This document shows, piece by piece, positions 17,530 to 26,103 of a stretch of 32,000 bases of DNA (positions are counted from its first letter, which is position 1; each line of letters starts with the position of its first letter). The position numbers and the translations under genes were made by a program. The notes beneath the pieces were generated by a model, which saw nothing but the letters and a program-made list of their open reading frames with translations, was not told the DNA's origin and made no database searches. Source of the stretch: Methanopyrus kandleri AV19 (GTDB lineage: Archaea > JAADCQ01 > Methanopyri > Methanopyrales > Methanopyraceae); assembly GCF_000007185.1 (NCBI RefSeq), contig NC_003551.1, positions 690,001 to 722,000 of the forward strand, given 5' to 3'.

Positions 17530-18443
17530 AGGGGGACACCATTACCGTGTCGGAGACGATCCGAGTCGCCACTCGATCCAGCCGTCTGGCGATTATCCAG
17601 ACCCGGGAGGTAATCGAGCTGCTGGAGCGGGAATCCCCGCGTGACGTCGAGGTTGAGATCGTGAAGACGAAGTCACGTGGGGACGTCGTTCGGGATCGAC
17701 CCCTCCACAAGCTGGGTGAGAAGGGTGTGTTCGTGAAAGAGGTTGACAGGCTGGTACTCGAAGGTAAGGCCGATATCGCCGTTCACAGCGCCAAAGACGT
17801 TCCTTCCGTCGTAGATTATCCCGTGGATGTGGCGGCTGTGCCTCCCCGGAGGGACCCCCGAGAATGTCTGGTGTCGCGACACGGCGGACTCAAAGAACTT
17901 CCGCGGGGAGCTACCGTGGGGACCAGCAGTCCTAGACGGCGCGCGCAGATCCTCCTAGAAAGACCTGACTTGAAGGTGGAGCCGATGCGCGGGAACGTAG
18001 ACACCAGGGTCTCCAAGGTGAGGCGGAGGGAGTACGACGCCGCCGTTCTCGCCAAAGTCGGGTTGGACCGGCTCGGGATGACATCCGAGGTTTCCGAGGT
18101 GTACGACCCGGAAGAGTTCGTGCCGCCGGCGGGCCAAGGGGCCCTGATGATCACCTGCCGCAAGGACGACGATCGCGTTAAACGCCTTCTGGAAGTCGTG
18201 GACGACGAGAAGAGTCGGGTGGAAGTCGAGACGGAGAAGGCCGTCGTGAGGGAGCTCGGAGTGGGTTGCTCGGAGCCTGTAGGAGTCCACGTGCGAGCTC
18301 GCGACGGTGATCACGTGAGGTTGGTGCTGGGACTGTTCGAAGAAGACGGCTCTTGCGGCCACGTACTCAAGATGCGGGGCTCGCCTGAGGACGTCGTCCG
18401 TGAGGCGGTGTCTCAGGCTAGGGAGGTGTTATCGGATGGGTGA
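17526..18443 (+). CDS. hemC: Hydroxymethylbilane synthase (porphobilinogen deaminase)
   Basis: IRVATRSSRLAIIQT, ADIAVHSAKDVPS, RRRAQIL, GVGCSEPVGVH cofactor Cys motif. Confidence 0.95.
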   Translation: MKGDTITVSETIRVATRSSRLAIIQTREVIELLERESPRDVEVEIVKTKSRGDVVRDRPLHKLGEKGVFVKEVDRLVLEGKADIAVHSAKDVPSVVDYPVDVAAVPPRRDPRECLVSRHGGLKELPRGATVGTSSPRRRAQILLERPDLKVEPMRGNVDTRVSKVRRREYDAAVLAKVGLDRLGMTSEVSEVYDPEEFVPPAGQGALMITCRKDDDRVKRLLEVVDDEKSRVEVETEKAVVRELGVGCSEPVGVHVRARDGDHVRLVLGLFEEDGSCGHVLKMRGSPEDVVREAVSQAREVLSDG

Positions 18444-19227
18444 GCTGTACCTGGTCGGAGGGGGTCTCTCCGACGTTCGAGATCTCACGCTGCGGGCCCT
18501 TGAAGTGCTAGCTAGCGTGGAGTTGGTGCTGGTCGACACCTACACCAGCGTGTACGACGTAAGCGAGGGCGACCTGAAACGGTTGCTCAACGGGTTCGGA
18601 GGTGATCCTGAAGTACGTATGTGCTCGCGGCGGGACCTGGAGGAGCGCTTCTTCGACCTGTGTGAGGGGTACGATCGCGTCGCCCTGCTCTCCCCGGGCG
18701 ACCCGATGGCAGCGACCACTCACGTGGCGCTGGTGGTCGAGGCCGCCGACCGTGGGTGGGACGTCGAGATAATCAACGGCGTATCGGTGTTCACCGCGGC
18801 ACCATCCAAGTCGGGGCTGGAAATGTACCGGTTCGGACGTACCGCCACGATTCCGTTGAACGTGCGCTCCGTGTATCCCTACGATGTGCTCGAATCGAAC
18901 CGGCAGGCCGGTTTACACACCCTCTTCCTGCTGGAAGTTGCTGAAGACGGGGAGTTCGTCTCTGTCGCTGACGCCGCCCGCTACCTATTGGAAATTGAGA
19001 GGGAAGAAGGTCGCGGAGTACTCGACCCCTCGGATCTCGCGATCGCCGTAGTGAGGCTGGGGTTCGAGGACGAGTTGGTGGCTTGGGGAACCCTCGAAGA
19101 ACTCTCCGACTGGGAGCCCGGTGAACCTCCGCAAGCTCTAATACTGCCCGCCTCCCGACTCCGTGAAGCGGAGCGCGAATACATCCGCCGCGTCCTCCCA
19201 CACATCCGAGATGTGCGTGGGGTCTAG
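18436..19227 (+). CDS. dphB: Diphthine synthase (diphthamide biosynthesis methyltransferase)
   Basis: MGELYLVGGGLSDVRDLTLRALE, LSPGDPMAATTH, NGVSVFTAAPSKSGLEMYRFGRTATIP. ATG at 18436 overlaps the hemC stop; the track ORF starts earlier. Confidence 0.94.
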   Translation: MGELYLVGGGLSDVRDLTLRALEVLASVELVLVDTYTSVYDVSEGDLKRLLNGFGGDPEVRMCSRRDLEERFFDLCEGYDRVALLSPGDPMAATTHVALVVEAADRGWDVEIINGVSVFTAAPSKSGLEMYRFGRTATIPLNVRSVYPYDVLESNRQAGLHTLFLLEVAEDGEFVSVADAARYLLEIEREEGRGVLDPSDLAIAVVRLGFEDELVAWGTLEELSDWEPGEPPQALILPASRLREAEREYIRRVLPHIRDVRGV

Positions 19228-19230
19228 CCT

Positions 19231-19587
19231 TTGGGTGAGGAGACTGGCGGTGACTATCACGTCGTGCTCGAGGCCGCGTGGATCGTGTACAACGTCGACG
19301 ACGAGGACGACGCTATCAACATCGCCATTGCCGAGGCGGGTAAGCGCTTGAACCGACACGGCCTCGATTACGTGGATATCGATGTCGGGTTTTACGAGTG
19401 TCCTGAATGTGGTAATGAAATCGAAGGTGTGTGGATAGTAGCAGGTACAGCCCTCGTCCGACTGATTCTATCGATGCGAGTGTTCAACGCGGAAAGCGAG
19501 GAACACGCCATTCGCATCGCTAAGTACGAGATCGGTCAAGCGCTGGAGGATGTACCCTTAGGTGTCGTTGAAGTAACTCCGCTCTGA
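19231..19587 (+). CDS. DUF555-type conserved archaeal protein with a CxxC pair
   Basis: [34 protein letters not shown]... [14 protein letters not shown]; recalled as the conserved methanogen DUF555 family. Confidence 0.7.
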
Positions 19588-19591
19588 CCAT

Positions 19592-20701
19592 TTACTTACC
19601 CCTTACGAGATGCGCCCATATTAGCGCCGAGAGCAACGTGAACGTAGCCAAGGCGAAGGAGTTCATCGCCCTAGAGAACAGGAATACTCCTATCAGTGAT
19701 TGGACTGAGAACGCGATCAGACAACCGAAGAGCATGGCCTCTCTCGCCAGGAATCTCGCCGTCATCCTACGCCTTCGTAGTTTTATGTACTCCGAGAGGC
19801 ACCTCGATCCCACGTATAGTGTGGCCGCGACCCATATGGACAGTAATACCGCCCCGATGTACCCGAAGTCGAAGGCCCAGGTGAACAAGCCAGGCAGCAT
19901 GTAATCGAGAAGGTCCTTTTTAACGACGAGTGCTCCATGTAGTGTAGGTACGTCGAGCCGGAACATCATGAGATATCCGACAGGCAGTGTGACGAACCCG
20001 TCACCGAAGCCCCGCCACTCGTATCCGGCGGGAAGCGCCTTCGTGGAGTGACCGATGATGTGCGTGTTCTTCGCCACGAACTCGAGTCCCGGTACGGTGT
20101 ATTCCGCGAATCGCTTGATACGGAGTGTCGGGCTGAACACGGGCTTATTCAGGACGTAAGCGAGCAGTTCCAGGAGACCGAGGAAACCTATGGCCATCAG
20201 CGTGGCCATCACGATCGACCTTTTGCTCATCTTAGCTGCTCGGGCGGCAAAAGCGCGGAATCTCGACTCCACTTTCAAGTACTTCGCTATGAAATGCTCC
20301 GTAAGCGCCCAGCATAGGAACCAGGAGAGTAGGAAGTCACGATGCATAATTCCTCCGACCATTCCCACGTACACCCATAGGAGATTGAAGTATGGCCGAG
20401 TACGTCGGGCCGCCGTGATACCACGGGTTTCGAGCAGTTGCAGGAGGTACCTCGAGGTCGCCCAAGCGGCGAGTGCCAGTGGGCCGAACGGGTGCGTAAA
20501 CTCGTGGCGTGATACGGGGAGGAACAGCGAGAAAGCGTCCACGGTGAATAGAAGGGCCAGCACTCCCAGTGTGAAGAGGGACAGTGAGAGGACCCTCTGT
20601 ACCGTTACCGAGGAATAGCTCAGGGCGAACGGTATCGTCAGGTGGGTGATCACGAAGAAGTCCAGGAGGGCTTCACCCGTGTTATAGGGGACCACGTACA
20701 A
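19592..20701 (-). CDS. Polytopic membrane protein, unknown function
   Basis: 369 aa with about ten hydrophobic segments; last gene of the minus-strand cluster. Confidence 0.75.
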   Translation of the reverse strand: MYVVPYNTGEALLDFFVITHLTIPFALSYSSVTVQRVLSLSLFTLGVLALLFTVDAFSLFLPVSRHEFTHPFGPLALAAWATSRYLLQLLETRGITAARRTRPYFNLLWVYVGMVGGIMHRDFLLSWFLCWALTEHFIAKYLKVESRFRAFAARAAKMSKRSIVMATLMAIGFLGLLELLAYVLNKPVFSPTLRIKRFAEYTVPGLEFVAKNTHIIGHSTKALPAGYEWRGFGDGFVTLPVGYLMMFRLDVPTLHGALVVKKDLLDYMLPGLFTWAFDFGYIGAVLLSIWVAATLYVGSRCLSEYIKLRRRRMTARFLAREAMLFGCLIAFSVQSLIGVFLFSRAMNSFALATFTLLSALIWAHLVRGK

Positions 20702-20702
20702 G

Positions 20703-21953
20703 TTACCACGCCCGCAGCCTCCGATTTACGAGCTCTCTGATTCCTCCGAGCACGATCAGCGCAACTCCTACGGCGGAGCTGATTAGACCGAGGGAGTGTA
20801 GTGTCTCAGGGGAGATCGGGGTCTTCAACGGCGGCTTTTTGTACCCCTCCGGTAGCGGACGCATGTAGATAGTGATCAGGTTGGCCTCGGGTTCCACTTT
20901 GACATCACCCGGTAGTATGTAGTCGTACCCCAACAGTGTGTTGTTGTCTATGTCGGAGTCGATCGCGCGGGCGATGTCCTCCGGCTGCTTCTTCCCGGCT
21001 TGGACCAGCGTCTGGACGGTCTCGACTATCGACACTTTATCGTACACGCTCTTGATCCCGTAGACCCGGACGATCGGCTGGTCCTTCCTTACCGTGATCA
21101 TGTCTCGGGCAACCTGCCAGGCGTACTCCGTTCGGAGGGAGGACCCACAGACGGGACACCGCGAGTACTTGGAGGCCGCCGGGTAGGCGACGCTCCATCC
21201 ACATTTGGGGCAGACTTTACGGTAGGCTGTGTCCATCGGGATGCCGCGCGCGTTGAGCTTGGGCGGGACGAAAGTGTCACCCGTCGACAGACCGGCGGTG
21301 ATGTTGACTACACCACCTCCGTACTTCTCTCCGGACTTCTTGGCCACGTAACCCATGATCCTCGTCACTATCTCCGTCGCGGGTAGACCGTCCCTGATCA
21401 TCCTGCCGGCCATGATGGCGGCCTCTATTCGGACCTTCGTAGCGGTGCCGTACATAGGGTTGCCCGGCGTGTTACGCAGGTGGATTACGGCGCACTTGAC
21501 GTTCTTGGGTATACGGACGATGTTAGGGCCTCCGCTGCTGTGGTACTGCTTGATGATGATCTTGTTCCCTTTCACGATCACCACGGCGATATCGTAGCTT
21601 CCGCCCACCGCAACGCCCTTCCCGGGGCCTCCGACCAGAAGTCGGTCCGTGGGTGACCGGCTGATACCGGCCCTCACGGCACTTTCTATGTCCTCACCCA
21701 GCTCTAACGCCCGTATACACGCCAGGATAGCCTCCAGGCGTGCCGTACCCTTGCTCAGACCTCCCGCTAGGACGGCTACGTGTAGCTTCTTGGACACTAG
21801 GAACGTCGACTGGAACATGTTAGGAGCGAAGGACATCGAGGCTGCGGCTGCACCGTTGGGATCCTTGCCGCTGGGGTCCGTGATCACGATCATGTTGAAG
21901 GTAGCGGACGCCCCGGAGACCAGTGCCAGGAGCGCGATCAGCGGGATCAGCAC
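20703..21953 (-). CDS. Predicted secreted/membrane-anchored protein with a zinc ribbon
   Basis: N-terminal signal-like MLIPLIALLALVSGASA; CPKCGWSVAYPAASKYSRCPVCGS; C-terminal hydrophobic span LGLISSAVGVALIVLGGI. Confidence 0.75.
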   Translation of the reverse strand: MLIPLIALLALVSGASATFNMIVITDPSGKDPNGAAAASMSFAPNMFQSTFLVSKKLHVAVLAGGLSKGTARLEAILACIRALELGEDIESAVRAGISRSPTDRLLVGGPGKGVAVGGSYDIAVVIVKGNKIIIKQYHSSGGPNIVRIPKNVKCAVIHLRNTPGNPMYGTATKVRIEAAIMAGRMIRDGLPATEIVTRIMGYVAKKSGEKYGGGVVNITAGLSTGDTFVPPKLNARGIPMDTAYRKVCPKCGWSVAYPAASKYSRCPVCGSSLRTEYAWQVARDMITVRKDQPIVRVYGIKSVYDKVSIVETVQTLVQAGKKQPEDIARAIDSDIDNNTLLGYDYILPGDVKVEPEANLITIYMRPLPEGYKKPPLKTPISPETLHSLGLISSAVGVALIVLGGIRELVNRRLRAW

Positions 21954-21972
21954 ACGGATCGCGGGGTCCCCC

Positions 21973-22422
21973 CTACCTCGGCAGTCCGTAGTCTTCGATC
22001 ACCCGGACCACGACGACCCCTGATCGTTTGATCGTGATCTGGACGGATCGAATGGGTTTGATCTTCGTTCCCGGGATCACGCTCCTCATCGCGTATATCC
22101 TCGCCCTCCTGATCGCCTCGTGCAGCGGGATTTTCTTGCCTTCCGGGGTGATGAGGGTTCCGCCCTTGATAACCGAACCGGGACGCAGGCCCGACGCCAT
22201 CACGTTGCTACGTATGACCTCTTCCGGCAGGAAATCGCAGCCGACTACGTCGATACCTATGATCCTGAGTCCCTCTTGCTTGGGTACCGGACGTGCCGCC
22301 CACGCTGTGTACTCCGCGATTCTTCCGATGCTGAGGAGTAGAGCACCCATCAGCATGATCGCCAGGTTACGCCGGGAAACGGGCCACGGTTTGATCCACT
22401 TCCTCTTCCTTTCCTCTTCCAC
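21973..22422 (-). CDS. Single-span membrane protein with a possible POTRA/FtsQ-like extracytoplasmic domain
   Basis: Basic N-terminus, TM segment NLAIMLMGALLLSIGRIA, then LRIIGIDVVGCDFLPEEVIRSNVMASGLRPGSVI. Confidence 0.6.
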   Translation of the reverse strand: MEEERKRKWIKPWPVSRRNLAIMLMGALLLSIGRIAEYTAWAARPVPKQEGLRIIGIDVVGCDFLPEEVIRSNVMASGLRPGSVIKGGTLITPEGKKIPLHEAIRRARIYAMRSVIPGTKIKPIRSVQITIKRSGVVVVRVIEDYGLPR

Positions 22423-22424
22423 CG

Positions 22425-23855
22425 CTAGATCGCCCCCATATCGCGCAGGACCTCTCGAGCAGGTTCCATTCCTTGGGCTCCTCCCAGTAGAATCACGGTG
22501 TCGTCGTCCGCCAAGTCCAGTGCGCGCTCCAAAGCGTCTTCTAACCGATCGTAGTGCTCGTAGTCGATGCCGGAGCGCTCCAGTTCCTCCAGGAACGCCC
22601 TCCGCTCCTCAGGCCGCACTACGTTAGCATCGTCCACGAGGCCCTCTGATGAGGTCGCGATCACGTGGACGTGGATTCCCTCGTCCTGTAGATCCTTCGC
22701 GCCTTCAGCCAGCGCCCGAGCGATTTGACGGTTAATGTCGACGCCACGCGACCCGCGGATCGCGAACACAACAATCACCTTGGAGCGACCCAACCGTCGC
22801 AGGGCGCGAACAGTGGCGAGTACTCCGTCGGGATTGTGGCAGAAATCGTCGTAAATCAGCGGGTCGTCGCACAGGCGTTCGAACCTCCGCTTCAAGGGTT
22901 GGTACGTCCTCAAGCCTTCGGCGATATCCTCCCGATCTATTCCTAGAGCTCCCGCGGCGGCTACGGCGGCCAACGCGTTGTACAGGAAGTGGTCCACCGG
23001 TAGGGGGAACTCCCGGACGGGTATTAGGGGTTCTTCGTCCAGTACTATCCACTCCTCCCCGTCGCGTTCCTCAATGTGGGAGTATCCTTCGTCCCATCCG
23101 TACCATACCGTCTCCACACCTTCCCTGGTCATCCGCCGTACGTACCGATCGTCACGGTTGAGCACCGCGATACCTCCCTTTCGTAGGGCCCGCACGACAC
23201 CGTATACAGCGTCAACCATCTCTTCCAGAGAGGAAACCAGGTTCGTGTGGTCCACCCCGACGTTCGTCACGACCGCCAGCTCGCATTTGAGGGCCTTCGC
23301 CATCCGGTAGGCGTGGTCCTCCATTATTCGACCCGTAGGTAAGCCTTGTACCTCAGATACCTCCACGCACAGGTAATCTTCCGGCCGTTCCTCGCGCAAC
23401 TCCATCGCGACCACGGGGTCTATGAGGGTGTTCTTCTCGGAACGGAAATCCGTGTTGCAGTAAGCATCGAAGCCGGCGGTATCGAGGATGTGGTGAAGCA
23501 AGTGATTCGTAGTCGACTTACCGTTAGTTCCCGTCACGCAGATCGCGGTAGCGTCAGGGGCGCACTTCTCACGGGCTACGCGCAGAGCGTACTCGTTCGC
23601 CCGATCCACCTCCGTCAGGATCAAGGGGATTCCGAGCTCGTCGCATCTCTCGATCAGCTTGCCGCGCGGGTGTTCAGTCACCAGACATGCCACGCCTCTC
23701 TCCGACGCGATCTCGGCACCTTTATCGTCCAACCACCATCGGATCACTACATCTCCTTCTTTCGCCCTTCCTAACGTGGAGAACCATCCGGCGATCATAC
23801 TATCCGGGTCGCCTGAGCGTATTTCCCCTTCCACATTCTCAGCCAGCTCCCTCAC
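22425..23855 (-). CDS. Mur ligase-family enzyme (predicted pseudomurein peptide ligase)
   Basis: ICVTGTNGKSTTNHLL P-loop, VTNVGVDHTN, IYDDFCHNPDGV; Mur/CphA-type central and C-terminal domains. Confidence 0.85.
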   Translation of the reverse strand: MRELAENVEGEIRSGDPDSMIAGWFSTLGRAKEGDVVIRWWLDDKGAEIASERGVACLVTEHPRGKLIERCDELGIPLILTEVDRANEYALRVAREKCAPDATAICVTGTNGKSTTNHLLHHILDTAGFDAYCNTDFRSEKNTLIDPVVAMELREERPEDYLCVEVSEVQGLPTGRIMEDHAYRMAKALKCELAVVTNVGVDHTNLVSSLEEMVDAVYGVVRALRKGGIAVLNRDDRYVRRMTREGVETVWYGWDEGYSHIEERDGEEWIVLDEEPLIPVREFPLPVDHFLYNALAAVAAAGALGIDREDIAEGLRTYQPLKRRFERLCDDPLIYDDFCHNPDGVLATVRALRRLGRSKVIVVFAIRGSRGVDINRQIARALAEGAKDLQDEGIHVHVIATSSEGLVDDANVVRPEERRAFLEELERSGIDYEHYDRLEDALERALDLADDDTVILLGGAQGMEPAREVLRDMGAI

Positions 23856-23876
23856 CGTGAGCTTCAGCAGCGCCCC

Positions 23877-24947
23877 TCACCCCACGGAGATCCAGAGTGC
23901 CACGGCGGCGAACACCGCTCCGGCGGTCCAATGGAGCGCCACAACCACGGGTTCGGGTAGGTCGTACTTGTACTGGATATGGTGGTGGAGAGGTTCCACA
24001 GCCAACCGGATCACGCCGGCTCGGTGAAGCAAGCTGATGAGCGTGGACAGTACTGGGACTCCTAAGGCGATCATAGCAGGTATCTCGATCTTGTAATATA
24101 GTGCTCCTGCCGCGTAAGCCGCCCCTAAGAAGCAACTCCCCGTGTCTCCCATGAAGATCTTAGCCGGGTATCTGTTATGGAACAGGAAACCCAGGGACGC
24201 TCCGGCAAGTGATGCGAAGAAGGCAGCACCCGGAAGCTGGCCCTGTCCCAGGCATACGCCGGAGCAAGCCAGTGAGGCCAGGAACAGCAGCCCGGCGGCC
24301 AGACCGTCCATCCCGTCGATGAGGTTCACGGCGTTGGTAGCGCCGACAATTCCGAACACCGCGACCGGATAGAAAAGGTACGAGAGGTTCCAAACGCCGA
24401 CCTTGGGTATCCAGAGCCATGTGGCGGGGACGATAGGAAGAACGAAGAGGGCGGCGCCAGTCTGTAGTGCGAGTTTCTCACGTTCACTCAATTCTTTCTT
24501 GATAGGCACCTCACCGACGATCTCGATGGCATCCGGGTCCTCTTCGAGTATCCTCTTCAGATCACGTTTCGCTTTCTCCGTGGCTACACGTGCCTCCTCG
24601 CCCGGTTGTAGTATGAGTCTTCCCAGCTCGATCGGTCGATTCGAGACGTTCCGTACGACCTTCTGGAACTCTTCCACCTGCAATCCGAGCAGGTCGTCCA
24701 CTATTCCTAGCACCATCATGGGGAGCGCTGAAGCTATAGGAGGGAGCGCCTGGATGGAAGCTAGGAGGGGGCCGGACGCCGTTCCCAGTAAGATCCCCAG
24801 ACCTCCCATGATGGGCATGCCGGACTTATGCGCGTGTTCCGTTACGATCGGGCGGTCTACCACGTTAGCTTCCCGCATGTACTTGCGGAGTAATCCAACC
24901 GTTACGGCCGAGGTTACTGTGGAGAGTGTAAACGTCTCGATGATCAT
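23877..24947 (-). CDS. MraY/WecA-family glycosyl-1-phosphate transferase (predicted pseudomurein lipid-carrier transferase)
   Basis: MPIMGGLGILLG, LGIVDDLLG, GATNAVNLIDGMDGLAAG, NRYPAKIFMGDTGSCFLGA, EPLHHHIQY; polytopic. Confidence 0.88.
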   Translation of the reverse strand: MIIETFTLSTVTSAVTVGLLRKYMREANVVDRPIVTEHAHKSGMPIMGGLGILLGTASGPLLASIQALPPIASALPMMVLGIVDDLLGLQVEEFQKVVRNVSNRPIELGRLILQPGEEARVATEKAKRDLKRILEEDPDAIEIVGEVPIKKELSEREKLALQTGAALFVLPIVPATWLWIPKVGVWNLSYLFYPVAVFGIVGATNAVNLIDGMDGLAAGLLFLASLACSGVCLGQGQLPGAAFFASLAGASLGFLFHNRYPAKIFMGDTGSCFLGAAYAAGALYYKIEIPAMIALGVPVLSTLISLLHRAGVIRLAVEPLHHHIQYKYDLPEPVVVALHWTAGAVFAAVALWISVG

Positions 24948-24963
24948 CGTCCGCTCCCCACGG

Positions 24964-26103
24964 TCATAAGTACTCCTCGATTTCCCTCAGCCTCCGTCGA
25001 TACTCACGTTCGGCCCGCTTCACGTCCGCTCCTGCAGCCTTGAGCGCTGAGCGGAGCCTCGTGAGGGCTTCTTTAAAAGAGTCCCCCCTCACGGTGACAC
25101 GACCACCTACGTCGAAGCGTCCATAGTACTCGTAGAACACGTGGTACACTCCGCCGTCGAACATCTCACGCAGGGGATCCTTGTCCGTAGGGCGCCAAAC
25201 GGGACACTCGATGGCGCACCATAATTTCCTTATCTTCGGTGGCCTCCATCGATCGGCCGCCATATCGACCAGCTCACGGAGCGGCCATATTCCCGTGCAT
25301 CCGGACGTCATGTACCTGGTGCCGCTGGGTCTCGGGTTGAACTCGAGGAACCAGAACTCGTTCTCCCGGACTACCACGTCGAAGTCCACGTTGCCCTCCA
25401 GTCCCAGATGTTCCACGACTCTTACCGCGCACCTTCTTATCTTGCGCTCCACGGACGGGTCGATCGGGGCCGGGCTCATCCGCATACGATCGATCGGATG
25501 ACGACGGTCCGCCGTGGATCCTTTGAACACCGGAACCAGCGGCACCACCTCACCGTCCCAGGATAGAACTTCGATCGAAACTTCCGCACCTTCGATGAAC
25601 TCCTCTACCAGCTTACGTCCCGATACTCTCGGCTTGTGCGTCTCGTGGACCGTGACTCCGAGCCCCGCCTGTGACCGTGGATCCTTCACGACTACCGGTG
25701 GACTGATCGATGGCCTTTCGTTCTCGACGACTTCCCATTCAGGCGTCGGTACGTTCAGTTCTTCGAAGGCGCGTTTCGTTCTCACTTTATCGATCCCGAT
25801 TTCAACGCTCTCGCGATCAGACGCCACAACCCGGATACCTTCGGCTTCCAGCTCTTCTTTCATCTCCCCCACTGCCGGTAGCGGATCGTCTACACCGATG
25901 AGTGGTACTACACCGTCTACGTGCCGCTCGCGGGCGATTCTCGTGGGATGTTCCATACCGCGCGGTACGAAGTGCACCTCATCCGCCAGCTCCCAGTCCC
26001 TGCTCCTCGGGTTCGACTCGGTGAGTATACGGTACACTCCCGTGGAGCCGGCGTACTCCGCCACGTCCCGGAGTAGCCTCGCGCCGACGAAGAGTACCTT
26101 CAC
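24964..26103 (-). CDS. ATP-grasp enzyme, carbamoyl-phosphate synthetase large-subunit-like (predicted cell-wall ligase)
   Basis: IDKVRTKRAFEELNVPTPEWEVV, PPVVVKDPRSQAGLGV, NVDFDVVVRENEFWFLEFNPRPSGTRYM. Confidence 0.85.
   Translation of the reverse strand: MKVLFVGARLLRDVAEYAGSTGVYRILTESNPRSRDWELADEVHFVPRGMEHPTRIARERHVDGVVPLIGVDDPLPAVGEMKEELEAEGIRVVASDRESVEIGIDKVRTKRAFEELNVPTPEWEVVENERPSISPPVVVKDPRSQAGLGVTVHETHKPRVSGRKLVEEFIEGAEVSIEVLSWDGEVVPLVPVFKGSTADRRHPIDRMRMSPAPIDPSVERKIRRCAVRVVEHLGLEGNVDFDVVVRENEFWFLEFNPRPSGTRYMTSGCTGIWPLRELVDMAADRWRPPKIRKLWCAIECPVWRPTDKDPLREMFDGGVYHVFYEYYGRFDVGGRVTVRGDSFKEALTRLRSALKAAGADVKRAEREYRRRLREIEEYL

Noticed and set aside
24403-24969. 188-aa plus-strand ORF opposite the MraY-like gene
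   Set aside because: Antisense to conserved transmembrane motifs; no independent coding signal.
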